Of a stretch of DNA of 64,000 bases, positions 51,094 to 63,960 are shown one piece after another (the stretch's first letter is position 1; every line of letters starts with the position of its first letter). The stretch spans positions 27,962,001 through 28,026,000 of the forward strand of contig NC_043005.1 of assembly GCF_006345805.1 (NCBI RefSeq), in the 5' to 3' direction. Source of the DNA: Octopus sinensis. Its lineage: Eukaryota. The notes under the pieces are model-generated. The model was not told the DNA's origin. It saw only the letters and a program-made list of their open reading frames with translations, and did not search any database. Position numbers and translations under genes: made by a program.

Positions 51094-51759
51094 ATTATAC
51101 GCATACATTATGTTATATTGATAGAGTTTCCATTGCATATGTAGGGATTCAAACCCCAACTAAAAGATATTAAGTTAGCAATCATGAGTAAAAGCCATCA
51201 CAATTTCATGTGATTGATCTATAAATCAACCAATCAGTGGCTGATCTAAAATTTGTCCCCTTTTCACCCTGTAAAAACCATTCGGTGCCTAGTTCAATCA
51301 GACAGACTGAACAGACCTCTAAGACTAAATGACCTTGGGCATTTGGCTGGACGACCTCAGATATTCATGTAAATCACCTTGGGCATTCACAGGGGGCAAA
51401 CTGCTACGACCAGACCATCTCGGGCATTTGAACAGATCACCTCAAGCAAGAAAGGATTTTGGACACTCACACACAAAATACCAGGAAGTCTTCTACAGAA
51501 ACAGTATGGTCTTTCACCTCCCAGTTGGCAGTGATAGTATCAGCAGCTTTCATTTGTAAACAGTTAACGTAGTAAACCAGGTCCAGCAATAAATATGTTA
51601 GAAGTTAAAAGTTTGTGAGTTTGATCCATTTATTATACATGCAGCCAGCTAGACCACAAGACAATGGTCTTTAGCAACACCATCCTCATCCAACATTGTA
51701 ATCCCATGACAACGGTGACCAAGCATCTTCACAACACATAATTCAACTATATACATACA

Positions 51760-51788
<29 letters not shown>

Positions 51789-51791
<3 letters not shown>

Positions 51792-51889
51792 AGAGAAATG
51801 GAAAATGGAGACAAACGCACAAGATGTTATTTATATAAATGATTTAAATAACATTTTGTGTGTTTGTCTCCATTTCCCAATTCTCTTAT
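51789..51889. repeat. About 100-nt hairpin (45-bp arms, 4 differences)
   Basis: ataagagaaatggaaaatggagacaaacgcacaagatgttattta versus taaataacattttgtgtgtttgtctccatttcccaattctcttat. Confidence 0.88.
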
Positions 51890-52012
51890 ATTCTTCAAAA
51901 CACATCTCAATTCTCCTTGGAATTATTACCCATGTATGTGTGGTTAATAATATCTTAATATGCTAATGCAATATTTGGCTACCCTGGTAACTTTTTCTCT
52001 TGAAAATCAAAC

Positions 52013-52049
<37 letters not shown>

Positions 52050-52438
52050 TATACACACATGTACATATATATGTAATTGGTCATGAGTTTACAAGTCTGG
52101 AAAAGTACACTATGGAAAATATTTTGATGAATAGTAATATTTTATGTGGTCATTGGTTATGATCAGTCAGAAAGTTACTATTGGTTTCACATCCTGTTAT
52201 TGCTCTCAGCAATATTGGTGACTCATCAAACCTGCAGGTAGGAGACACATAACCTCTTACAGAGGTGTCTGTTTCCCATTTGTTTGTGCATTTATTGTAT
52301 GTTTTTTTTAAACTTATTATTTAACAGAACACCACATTCTCTTCTTTTGTTTACAATATATATATATATAAATCTATATATATATAAAATATATTTAACA
52401 TTATATATATATTATTATTATATATATATTATATATAT

Positions 52439-52474
<36 letters not shown>

Positions 52475-52984
52475 ATCCCTGTCTATTGCCTTCAATTATG
52501 CTCTAATTTTGATAAAAGTGAATATTTTAACCATTGGACACAAGGGACAATCTAGCTTTTGGAAATCAATGACGTAGGAGAAGAAACCATTTATAGAAGA
52601 AGGTAAACGTATAAAATGGTAAAACTACTAGAATATCTTTGTGAAGAGACTTCAAAGAGGAAGCAATCGATAAATAACTGGAAATAGCGGAGCAAAAGTG
52701 ACTTGTTTATGGTTTCTCTAATAAATTACTCTTGAAATAGGACACAGAAGTAATGGGGAAGGAGTTTCCAGGAGATTTGCAGTCTTACAATGTAACATTT
52801 TAGAGATTACCAAAATCACCACCACCACCACTACCTCTACCACCAGCATTATTATCAATTTTGTTGTGGTTTTTTTTTTGTTTTACTGATGGTGGATTTA
52901 CTGCAGAAAGACATATCTTAAAACAAATCTTGTTTGAATTGTTATTTACCTATTGGCTTTTCTATAAAGTAATTTAAAAATGAT

Positions 52985-53535
52985 TTGCGTGAAAGCTAGC
53001 CTAGCTAGAATTAAATTAACATACACACTAGAAGCTGTCTTAGATGAAAAAAAACAAAAAATGCCAGTGTTCATAACATTTGTAGTGCGTGTACAAATAT
53101 GGAATGATACTAAGCTGTAATATCTTGTCTCAGAGAAAACTCTCAAAGAGACTTATATTTTAAAAAGTCTAGGCTTTGCTCAGGAAGCTGGTGGATTGCC
53201 AGACATGTGTTCTGACCTGATTTGTCTTCTCTCTGATGAATGTTCTGAGCTAAACTGAAAATGTTTGTTCTAATATGGAAACTGGTAAACAAATATTCAC
53301 TGATTTGTGCAAAAGCTAGTCAGACTAGAATTAAATGATTATACACACTTAAAACAGCCTTAGATTAAAATACTAGTGTGCATAACATTTATATAATTGG
53401 AAATAAACATGGAGCAGTACTAAGCTGTAATATCTTGTCTCAGAAGAACCTCTCAAAGAGTCTAAAATATTAAAGACAGCACTTTATTCAGAACATTGGT
53501 GGATTGCCAGACACCTGATTTGATCTTCTCAGCAG
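52985..53535. repeat. Old about 320-bp tandem duplication of unique sequence
   Basis: Shared anchors aaagctag...ctagaattaaat, tactaagctgtaatatcttgtctcaga, ctctcaaagag, tggtggattgccagaca. Confidence 0.8.
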
Positions 53536-54010
53536 CATATACCTTTTCTTGTCCCACTTTGTTATATTGTAGTAGTTTTCTAGTTGTCTCAGACCCATCC
53601 TCTTTAGATACAGGGTACATATATTCTATACACACCCTGCACATATGCAACTGTATCAGCTTAGAGTAATGGCTTTAAAATATGGTCTCCTTGTTTTTCT
53701 GTCCAAGCTTTTCAATTTCCTTTAGTTTATTATGTTGACACTGTATATTATAGCTTAGATGATTGATGTATTTATACCTATCTATCATCCTATCCTATTC
53801 CTCACATTGAATTAAGTTTTATGTATGTAAAAACTTGAATTAAGTTTTTACATACATACATAATGTCCATTTTTGCATGCTTACATGGGTTGAAGAGAGT
53901 TTATTGAGGTAGATTTTTTATAGTTGGATGCCCTTCCTGTTGCCAATCCTCTCTTGTTCAGCTAGGGAGACACAAACACATGCTCACACACTCACACACA
54001 TATGAATACA

Positions 54011-54076
<66 letters not shown>

Positions 54077-54084
54077 AGGCACAG

Positions 54085-54245
54085 TGTGCTTGTTTTAGTT
54101 TCTATCTACCAAATCTACCCACAAGACTTTGGTTGGCCCAAGATGATAGTGGGAAACACTTGCTCAAGGTGCCACACAATAGGATTGAACTTGAAACCAT
54201 ATGGTTGGGAAACAAACTTCTTAACTTCACATTCATGCCTGTGCC
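54085..54245 (-). mobile_element. 5' half of CORE-like SINE
   Basis: tttctatctaccaaatctacccacaagac...cttgctcaaggtgccacac...gcctgtgcct. Confidence 0.7.
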
Positions 54246-54329
54246 TATACCCCACTCCCACCCACATATAGAGAGAGAGAGAGAAGGAGAAGGAGAGCCA
54301 TAAAAGCTGAGATCAGACTTAGAAAGACT

Positions 54330-55075
54330 GGAAAAAAGACTGGGTCAGCAAAGAGTAGAACCAAGTGGCTTGGAAGAAAAGTTAGGGTTCATATATATTT
54401 GGCTAGGGAAATAGCAGAAAGTAAGAGATTTGCACATGTGTAATATGCAGATCAAAGGTATGAGGATGACATCACACTGTGCTAGAGAAAATTCCAGCAT
54501 CTTAAGAAGAAATTGTGCACGGGATAGCAGTGCACTTGCCTTTACCAATGCTGAAAAGAAAGTGGTTTGACTGAATGAGGAAAATGCATGTAAGAGAGGG
54601 AGCCCATCCCAGGTCAATCCAGCCAAGTTGATAGCAGTATGGTAGATGGAGCAATTATGGGTATCAAGCCAGGAGACACTGCAAGACTCATAGGTATTGG
54701 TCACTGAAATGCTGGAAATATCTAGCAAAGTGTGTCACATATTGGTTACACACATAATCAATCAAGATTGATTGGTGTAGTCTAATTAATTGGTGTAGCG
54801 GTATCATTGTCAACTGCTATAAGGGTAATTAGATGTAGAGTGTAAGAGAGAAGATTGCACTGGTAAGGAAATGTGACATATTCAGAGGAGGATGACAACA
54901 TTTTAGTGTCAAGACGTGGTCAGCACTGAAAGTGGATGGAACCTTTGGATGAAGGAGATTGAAGAAGATGTGGGGTGAAGTGAAGATTGATCTCAATATG
55001 TTGCAGTCATGAAAGAAATGACCAAAGATGGTGATAATTGGAGACATATTGCACCCATGCAAGTAAGAGACTGGA
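54330..55075 (+). mobile_element. Old RTE LINE fragments
   Basis: HCARENSSILRRNCARDSSALAFTNAEKK...LNEEN corresponds to QCVRENSDVIGEKCVRMDDGALAFTTSEKK; C-terminal remnant at 54835-55075. Confidence 0.65.
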
Positions 55076-55229
55076 ATGTACAATATACATCAAAGTCTTT
55101 ACACCTGCTAAGTCTCCATCTGCTACTATTCCAACCTATTTAAGAACCTTTTATCTCTCCTTGACCTGTCCCCACTCCTCGTCATTATACCATGCCACCT
55201 ATGCAATGAAGGATTACATTAAATCTACA

Positions 55230-55325
55230 TTATTTACATTTGACGGATGTTTGTCCTCATTTTGTTTGTTGTTAACATGTTTCAGCTAATATACCCTCCA
55301 GTCTTCATCAGGTGTCTTGGGGAAA
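55230..55325 (-). mobile_element. Truncated, decayed copy of the hammerhead-tailed element seen at 41532
   Basis: tatttacatttgacggatgtttgtcctca...tcttcatcaggtgtcttgggg; core CUGAUGA/GAAA present but stems damaged. Confidence 0.7.
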
Positions 55326-55635
55326 ATGGTGTATGGAAGTGGTAAAAAAGTTTCCTGTACATGGTGTGTAAGTTCCAATACCAGTTCATGTTCAATCATT
55401 TCAAAGAATATAGCCATCGAATCAATGTTGCTCATTCAAAGGGATATCCATAAGACTATTTCATTATAAATGTCCTGAAAACTCCTCACAGCCTTGGATT
55501 TGTTATACCACTCCGTCTAATTATATATGCATGCAAATACAAGACCCACATTAGACTCCTTACTCGTATCATTATCTATCCATAGCACTTATTTTGCGTT
55601 ACCTGACATTCTTTGGGTCTTCTAGACACCAATAC

Positions 55636-55681
<46 letters not shown>

Positions 55682-56144
55682 TATGCGTGTAATTTTGGTT
55701 TTTCTGTGAGTCCCTTTTTAAGTAGAAGAAATAGCTAACGTTTTTTGGCTGCTATTTCTAAGCTTCGGTATGTGGTAAAGCAAATCTTTGCTGAACCCTA
55801 ATTATTTAGTATTATATATATATATATATGTATAAGAAAGAGAGATGACAAAGGAATAAGTGATTATCTTATTTATCATCATTTAATGTCCACTTTTCCA
55901 TGCTTGCATAGGTTACACAAAATTTGTTGAGACAAATTTTATGGCTGAATGCCTTTCTTGTCACCAACCCACACCTGTTTCCAACCCTCCCTCACCAGTT
56001 TGTAAGCAAGGCAATATTTTCCATAGCCAAGTATGTTTCCCATAAAAGACTGCAAATGAACATCATTGCTTCTATCATGGTGACGCTCATTTACAATCAA
56101 GGGTGCACTCAAAAACATGCATGCCAACACACACACACACAGAA

Positions 56145-56305
56145 GACGAAATTCTTTTGACTTCTGTCTACCAAATCCATTCACAAGGCCTTGGATGGCT
56201 TGAAACTATAGAAAAAATACTTGCCCAAGGTGTTAGACAGTGAGACTGAACCTAAGACACCATGGCTGGGAAGCAAGAGTTTTAACCACACAGCCATGCC
56301 TGTGC
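56145..56305 (-). mobile_element. 5' half of CORE-like SINE
   Basis: gtctaccaaatccattcacaaggcc...cttgcccaaggtg...gactgaacc...cagccatgcctgtgcc. Confidence 0.72.
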
Positions 56306-56537
56306 CTTATACATATGTGTGTATTGTGTATGTATAAGCTATATATGTTTATATGTAAAAATATGTGTGTGTGTTTACACATTCATATACATATATACAT
56401 ATGTATGTACAAAAATATATATATTTACATACATACAAACATATAACTAATATGTGTGTGTTTAGTCTTGTATGAATACTTATTTACATAGATGTATACA
56501 TACATACACCCTCCCCCTCTCTCTCTCTCTCTGTCTC

Positions 56538-56568
<31 letters not shown>

Positions 56569-58100
56569 ACACACGCACAGTAAGAGGCGTGGTATTTTCA
56601 GAGCTTGATACTCTTATCGGCAGAAACACCCAGTTTAAAGCTATTTAATTCCACCCTAAACTTGAAGGAAATATTCATAACAGGGTAGCAAAAGATGAAA
56701 AGCTACAATTAAATATTTTTACAGATTTCTCCATATTTTAAATGTCTGCAGACGAATCAGCTGATACTTCTCCTTCCACAAATACATAGTTTCCTTCAAC
56801 AAATCCCAAACATATTCCTGCCTTTTTCTCCCTTTTTTGTCAACATTATCACCACCTCCATCATTATTTTCATCATCCTCTCTTCTATATCTACAAAGAC
56901 ATACACACCCTGACATTAACATAGATACACATGCATATATATGTACATGTACCCAGACACAATACACACATACATACATACATACATATATGCATACATA
57001 CATATACACATACATATACACATACATACACACATAGTCGCACTTCAGCATATACATACAAACATACATAAATGCACACATACATAGATACATATACACA
57101 AACATACATATACACATACACGCACACATAGTCGCACATATGCATATACATACAAACATACATAAATACACACATACATAGATACATATACACAAGCATA
57201 CATATACACATATGCACACAGACATACATACACACATTCATTCATGCACACATACATATACACACAGGAAGCAACTGCTTTTTTTTTTCTTTTTGCCATT
57301 CACACACTTTCTTTCCCCTTCTTTTTCTCTCTCTTCCTGCTACTCACCCTCTATCACTTCCCCTCTCTCACTTTATCTCTTCTCTTCACTCACTTCTCCT
57401 CTCTCTCTTTCATTTCTCATCTCTCTCTCTCTCTCTCTCTTGCTTCTCTCTAACATTGGTTAATATACACTTGGAAGCGACTTAAGTGAATACCCATGGA
57501 ATTATGGAACCGTGCTGGCTAAATATGTTACATACATATGTTTTTATACATATACAAAAAATATAATGTAAACATTATAGTATATTAGCATCTTTTACTT
57601 TCTGCTTGCCTGTCTGTCTGTCTCTCCTTGCCCCCCTCTCTCTCCCTATATATACACACACACACACACTCACACTCACATACACACATGTGCATATATG
57701 TATATTAAACATATATGTCTATACACACACACACACACACATACACAATACACACGTGTATGTTCCATCTTATTCAGAAGTTTGGTTAGCATAACAACAA
57801 TAATAATTATAATAATGATTTCTAATAATATGGGGCCATCTGTCAGGATAATGTCAGCTATAAACTCAGGTTGTCTAAGTAGCAGACACCTGTCTCACTG
57901 CCAAAAATAATACCACTGGTTCCTTACATTAACTCTCACCCTCACCTACTTTACCCCCCTACCCCTTCCTCTCACCCTCTCTTTTTTCTCCATTTCATCT
58001 GCCACATTATCCCTACCTTCCTTCCCTCCTTCCATTCAAGCAACGGTGACCTGCGACACATCTTTTTTTTTTTTTCTTTTTCGCTTTTCAAATTCTAAAG

Positions 58101-58283
58101 ATGTCGCTAAAGTTAAAGATGTATTCGTTTGACACGAATGATAATAAGTCGAACATGGGGTCAGCTCCTTCAGCTACGAGAGCAACAAGAACTTTGGGCC
58201 CCATGAACGTAGCTGATGATGACAGTTTGCATTGGCAACAACCACAGGAATTAAAATTTACCACTTTCAAGTATCCTCAAATG
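58101..58283 (+). CDS. Candidate isolated host coding exon (61 codons), product unknown
   Basis: Long polypyrimidine tract then AAG acceptor at 58098-58100; only one open frame (MSLKLKMYSF...LHWQQPQELKFTTFKYPQM); strong ATG/GTAAGT donor; unique non-repeat sequence. Confidence 0.5.
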
Positions 58284-58707
58284 GTAAGTAGATTTTTTTA
58301 TATTTAATTAATATACATACATGCATATACATACATGTGTATGTATATATATACTTTCGGTGTGAATGGTTATATATATATATATAAATATAAATAGATA
58401 GATAGATATACATACAGACATGTATTTTATATCTATGTGTGTGTATATGCATGTCTATACATATGTATGTCTATATTTTGTTATCTGTTATAGATTTTAG
58501 TCACTGGACTGGGGCCATACTGTGGCACGACATTCAAGATGTTCCATTGGTCATTTTGACCTCAGAACTTATTTCACTTTGAAACCTGTTTTATTCCCAC
58601 CCACCCCCACTCCTGCTTTTATTGCACTGATTAGTTATCATGTTGACATAAAGAGATATAGCTGAATACCAGTTTATACACAGGTACACAAACACAGACA
58701 CATTTAT

Positions 58708-58924
58708 ATTCTTTTCTGCGCTAGGCACAAGGCCCGAAATTTTGGGAGAGGGGGCCAGTTGATTAGATTGACTCCAGCACGCAACTGATACTTAATTTAT
58801 TGACCCTGAAAGGATGAAAGGCAAAGTCGATCTCAGTGGAATTTGAACTCAGAATGTAAAGACAGACGAAATACTGCTAAGCATTTCGCCTGGTGTACTA
58901 ACGTTTCTGCCAGTCCGCCACCTT
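58708..58924 (-). mobile_element. Well-preserved tRNA-derived SINE with Nin/Deu-like domain
   Basis: Minus strand: ggtggcggactggcagaaacgttag (A box), gagttcaaattcc (B box, 58838-58850), gactttgcctttcatcctttcagggtcaataaattaagtatcag. Confidence 0.85.
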
Positions 58925-59675
58925 ATACTAGCTCACCACCTATATTGTTGTTGACAATGGTATAGCTATTGATGTGGTTGTTGTTTAGCTCCAAGTAGAT
59001 CCTGGTTAATCAAACCCCATGTTCAAAGACATTCCTGACATGTCCAACCTGTTGTGGTCAACCCATGTTCATGAAGTTATGTCACGGAATTACATAATTC
59101 AATATGTCCTTCCCTTGTTTAAAAGAATGTCATTTGAGAGAGACTTAACTGCTATTTCTAGCAAGTCTACATATACCCATGGTGATGGCAGCGGTGGTAT
59201 TTTTGATGGGTGGTGGTAGTGATATCGGTGGTTACATAGTTGTTAATGCAAGCAGCTTTGTCTGAAATGTAGTGATGAAATAGTGAAGCGTGGCAGTCTG
59301 GTGTTGAGTAATGCACAGTTGTGTTCTGTTCAATGGAGTAATGTTGGGTAGTGTTATGTAGCACTGTATAGGATAGCAGTGTTATACAGAAAAAGTATTA
59401 TCTTGGCATGTACAACATGTAGTACTTGAGCCACGTGTGGTATTTTACAATCTTTTGAGTGACATGTGTAATGTTATTAAAATTTTGTGACAATCTTGAG
59501 AAGTGACTTTAATGTATTTCAAGAATTTACATAGGGTTAACATAAGATGGTTACCATACTAAATAAAGTGTTTGGTAAATTTTTGTTTTAATGGTGTTGC
59601 ATGATTCAGGATGAGTAATATATGATAAGGACCGACATGAGAGAAAAGTTGCCCATGCTTGTTTGAATCATCATC

Positions 59676-59689
<14 letters not shown>

Positions 59690-59707
<18 letters not shown>

Positions 59708-60135
59708 CGTCTTTTAATGTCTGTATTCCATTCTGGCATGGGTTGGATGGTTTGACAGGAGCTGATAAGGCCAGGAACCACACCAGGCTTCATTGTCTGT
59801 CCTAATATGGTTTCTATGGCTGGATGCTCTTCCTGATACCAACCACTCCACAGAGTGCACTGGGTGCTTTTTATGTGGCACCAGCATGAATGCTTTTTAT
59901 GTGGAACCAACACTGGTATTGATTTTTCTGTGGTGGATGGGTCTTCTTGAGTACAGCAAGGCACCAAATATCTCAGTCCTTCGTCATCTCCTTCATAAGG
60001 CTCAGTGTCTTCAGATTATCCTTCAATTGTCCCTTGTCTTCCTGGGACTCCCTCTTCCACAAGTTCCGTCCATTTTAAGTGATCATCATTTCTGTATGCA
60101 ATCATCAGCATCCATCTGCATCATATGACCAAACC
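59690..60135 (-). mobile_element. RTE 3' end (UTR plus ORF2 C-terminal remnant)
   Basis: (CAT)n tract, ggatgctcttcctgataccaaccactcc, and cttcctgggactccctcttccacaagt (reverse complement of GRGSPRK). Confidence 0.78.
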
Positions 60136-60347
60136 AACATAGGTAGCAGCTCTCTGAATTTTCTCCATTTCATTTTTATTCTACTGATTACACTTTCTGT
60201 GCTTAATTACCACAGCTAATTAAGTCCCCCAGGTAGAAGAAATTGTCCACTACCTTTTAAGAGCCTCTGGGGCATTTGAGAAAACCAATTTCCTGAGTAT
60301 CTGTAGTTTTTATGGCCCCTGTGCATCTTCCACAGAATCATATTGTG

Positions 60348-60730
60348 TAGTGTTAAGTTAAGTTAAGTTAAGTTAATTTTTTGGCTCAAAAAGCAAAAAG
60401 CAAGGCCATTTAGGGGGACATGGAGTTATGTTCAGGGGTGTTCATGCAAAGAGTTCAGGCCATTTCTGGTCAAGAGAGACTTTGAACTGAGCGGTCATCG
60501 GCATCTTCACTATCTCGTCCAGCAGCTTATTCCACGGATCTGCAACTCGGACGGAGAAAGCCCCTCTCCTTCGAGAGGTTACACTTTCCGCTTATGATGT
60601 TGTGAGCAAGAATGAGATCACCATGGCGACGGCATTTTTCTAGAGAATAAAGGCAGAGCGTCTTCAGCCTTTCTTCATAAGACAAATGCTTGAGACCAAG
60701 AACCATGCAGGTAGCCAGCTTCTGAGTGTT
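60348..60730 (-). mobile_element. CR1 LINE 3' fragment with (AACTT)n tail and internal deletion
   Basis: QKLATCMVLGLKHLSYEERLKTLCLYSLEKCRRHGDLILAHNI, then (other frame) RRGAFSVRVADPWNK; (GTTAA)n at about 60350-60375. Confidence 0.85.
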
Positions 60731-60798
60731 GAATAGATACCTAAATAAATACATACACACACATGCGTGCACATGCATGCATGCACACACACACATTC

Positions 60799-60829
<31 letters not shown>

Positions 60830-61085
60830 TATCATCATTGTTGTCACCATTATTACCATTTAACATCTGTCTTCCATGCTGGTATGGGTTGGATGGTTCC
60901 ACAGGAACTGGTAAATCAGAAGACTGCACCAATCTCTGCTGTCTGCTTTGGCTTGGTTTCTATGGGACTGGATGCCCTTCCTAATGCCAAGCACTTTACA
61001 GAGTGTGGACTGGGTGCTTTTTATGTTGCACCATCACTAGTGAGGTCACCAAGTGACTTGCAAGACAAGACCCTCTCCCTCATCT
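60830..61085 (-). mobile_element. RTE-tail-derived repeat
   Basis: ttccatgctggtatgggttggatgg...ggatgcccttcctaatgccaag...gggtgctttttatg. Confidence 0.75.
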
Positions 61086-61088
61086 AAA

Positions 61089-61745
61089 GGTGTGGGAGTA
61101 GTACTGAGGAATAGAAAAAGGTGTGGGAGTAGTACTGAGGAATAGAAAAAGGTGTGGGAGTAGTAATGAGGAATAGAAAAAGGTGTGGGAGTAGTAATGA
61201 GGAATAGAAAAAGGTGTGGGAGTAGTAATGAGGAATAGAAAAAGGTGTGGGAGTAGTACTGAGGAATAGAAAAAGGTGTGGGAGTAGTAATGAGGAATAG
61301 AAAAAGGTGTGGGAGTAGTACTGAGGAATAGAAAAAGGTGTGGGAGTAGTAATGAGGAATAGAAAAAGGTGTGGGAGTAGTACTGAGGAATAGAAAAAGG
61401 TGTGGGAGTAGTACTGAGGAATAGAAAAAGGTGTGGGAGTAGTAATGAGGAATAGAAAAAGGTGTGGGAGTAGTAATGAGGAATAGAAAAAGGTGTGGGA
61501 GTAGTACTGAGGAATAGAAAAAGGTGTGGGAGTAGTACTGAGGAATAGAAAAAGGTGTGGGAGTAGTAATGAGGAATAGAAAAAGGTGTGGGAGTAGTAA
61601 TGAGGAATAGAAAAAGGTGTGGGAGTAGTACTGAGGAATAGAAAAAGGTGTGGGAGTAGTAATGAGGAATAGAAAAAGGTGTGGGAGTAGTACTGAGGAA
61701 TAGAAAAAGGTGTGGGAGTAGTAATGAGGAATAGAAAAAGGTGTG
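61089..61745. repeat. 31-bp minisatellite, 21 units, single dimorphic position
   Basis: GGTGTGGGAGTAGTA(C/A)TGAGGAATAGAAAAA, exact 31-bp period. Confidence 0.97.
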
Positions 61746-62169
61746 TTGCATTAGAGGGGAAACATGGCTATCTCAGTAGGAGAGGGAGTGGAGAGAGAAG
61801 AGAGAATGAGAGAGCTGTAGTGGTAGATGGAAGTGGGGATGTAATGAGTGAGCACAGGTAGAAGGAGAGGGTGTTGGATGGATATGTTGTGGAGAAGGTT
61901 TGTCAGAGAAGAGTTTGTGTATATAGTCACAATGAAGATATTTGAATCTCTTATACATTGGTTTAATATATTAAATTTTGAAGAGATAATTCTTCAATGA
62001 ATATATTATATAGAATATCATAAAATATCAAACATTATTATTGAGTTAGAAAACAAAGAGATCTAATAGATACAAATTAATTTATTAATTAAGCAACATA
62101 TTCACCAACAATTGTTTCATTTCACACACAAAATTAAAATTGCAAAACATATATAAATATATAATTTTG

Positions 62170-62490
62170 CATGGCCCCCATGCTGGTGGCACGTAAATAG
62201 CACCATCCGATCATGGCTGTTGCCAGCCTCGCCTGGCCCCCGTGCCGGTGGCACGTAAAAAGCAACATCCGACCGTGGCCGTTTGCCAGCCCTGTCTGGC
62301 ACCTGTACCGGTGGCACATAAAAAGCACCCACTACACTCACGGAGTGGTTGGCGTTAGGAAGGGCATCCAGCCGTAGAAACATTGCCAGATCAGACTGGG
62401 CCTGGTGCAGCCTCCTGGCTTTCCAGACCCCAGTCGAACCATCCAACTCATGCGAGCATGGAAAGCGGACGCTAAATGATGATGATGATG
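62170..62490 (+). mobile_element. RTE 3'UTR insertion with (GAT)n tail
   Basis: Matches 31490-31781; ends gcggacgctaaatgatgatgatgatg. Confidence 0.85.
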
Positions 62491-62861
62491 TATTGAAAAT
62501 CAGCAGAGGACATGGTACTTATATATAATGAGCTTATTGTGCACAGTGCTCAGGTGTACTACAACAACACATCAGAAAAGGGTAGAAAAGATGACAAAAG
62601 CCTACAGTAAATCATGTACATGCATAGTACACACAATAAAAGACAAGGAGACAGAAAAGAGGAAGGGTGGATAGGCACATCAGGAGTGGTGTAGGTGATT
62701 TCAGGAAGCATGGAGTTTTTCAATGCTATATTAATGTGCTGATATCTAACAGTCAATGCAGGTGATTTATTGCATGCTTCAACAATTCCAAGCAATGTAT
62801 GTATGAGAGTTGTACCAAAGGTAATGCAAAAGGAGACAGCTTTTATATTAACTGACATTGA

Positions 62862-63490
62862 GCTGGAAGAACTGTTGAGATGCCGGGGAAATGCTTAGCG
62901 GCATTCTGTCCGTTTTTATGATCTGAACTCAAATTCCACTGAGGTCAAGTTTGCCATTCATCCTTTTGAGGTCAATAAAATAAGTACCAGTCAAGTGCTG
63001 GGGTTGATGTCAGCTCTGGATTAACCATTAAAGAAAATAAACACATGCTTGGGGCATCAAGGGAAGGAGGGAGTACCACAGAAATGGTAAAGGGCTTACG
63101 GCACAAAAGAAATCACTTTAAACTTGCTAAAATAATATTTGGGATGTTTTTATCTCTACTAAGTGTAGATGCAGATGTGTTACTTAAGATTAATTTAGAA
63201 GATCAGATCAAAGATTTTGCAATTCAAAAAAGTAGGAAGAAACTTTTCAAATCTAAATGAAATGGAAGCATACCAAAATAAACATTATTTTCCCTCTTAC
63301 TGTTTTGTTTCGTTTTGAAAAATAAAAATTTATTTTATGGTTTGTTATTTTTTATATTTTGAATTACATAATCTTTTATGGGGGCACCAAAATCTTTTAA
63401 GTGCTTAGGGCCTTGATGGGTCTTAAGCCAGCCCTGGTTGATGTAATCAACTTCCCTCATCTCCTCAAAAACTGTTGGCCCTCAGTAAGT
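62862..63490 (+). mobile_element. Nin-like SINE interrupted by a hAT MITE
   Basis: SINE body 62862-63010 resumes at 63437 (gttgatgtaatcaacttccc). Confidence 0.8.
63011..63436. mobile_element. Non-autonomous hAT-type DNA transposon with 8-bp TSD
   Basis: TSD GTTGATGT at 63003-63010 and 63437-63444; imperfect TIRs CAGCTCTGGATTAA / reverse complement CAGGGCTGGCTTAA; subterminal gtgcttagggc motifs. Confidence 0.87.
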
Positions 63491-63539
63491 GACACAGGTT
63501 GTTGAAACTGCACATGTCCATAGAGTAAATCTTCATTTA

Positions 63540-63707
63540 TGGTAACCCTGTTTTACTGTTCTTCATCATTGCAGACAAATAATGGATTCCAAGCCGAACA
63601 ACTTACCATCATTGTTATGATTATTGTGGTTATTATTGTGGTTGCTGTCATTGTTACTGTACTGCTTACTACTACTACCACTAGTACTACTACTACTACT
63701 GCTGCTG

Positions 63708-63753
<46 letters not shown>

Positions 63754-63960
63754 GCACAAACACCTTGGTTGCCTCTGCTGCAATGTAAGCAGTGACAGTT
63801 GGGAGACAAATATGTCGATCCCTGAAGACAAGTCAACATAAACCATCACCACTTTCACTTTTGCCTCCACCACTACAAATACTACCCTCACCATCCACCA
63901 CCATCACACTCACAACTATCACCACCACCACCACTTTCACCACAACCATCACAACTGTGG
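63540..63960. repeat. Mosaic trinucleotide repeats (ATT/GTT, CTA to CTG, CAC)
   Basis: Directly visible; source of the poly-T/poly-A/poly-S pseudo-ORFs. Confidence 0.9.

Noticed and set aside
55271-55316. Hammerhead core CUGAUGA...GAAA on the minus strand
   Set aside because: Stem II has an A-C mismatch and several wobbles, and the stem I partner is deleted; probably inactive.
56719-56890. Minus-strand frame RREDDENNDGGGDNVDKKGRKRQEYVWDLLKETMYLWKEK
   Set aside because: Arises from GA-rich low-complexity sequence beside a microsatellite; no recognisable domain or donor.
61080-61751. 223-aa repetitive ORF on the minus strand
   Set aside because: Stop-free reading of the pyrimidine-rich strand of the 31-bp minisatellite; the period is not a multiple of three.
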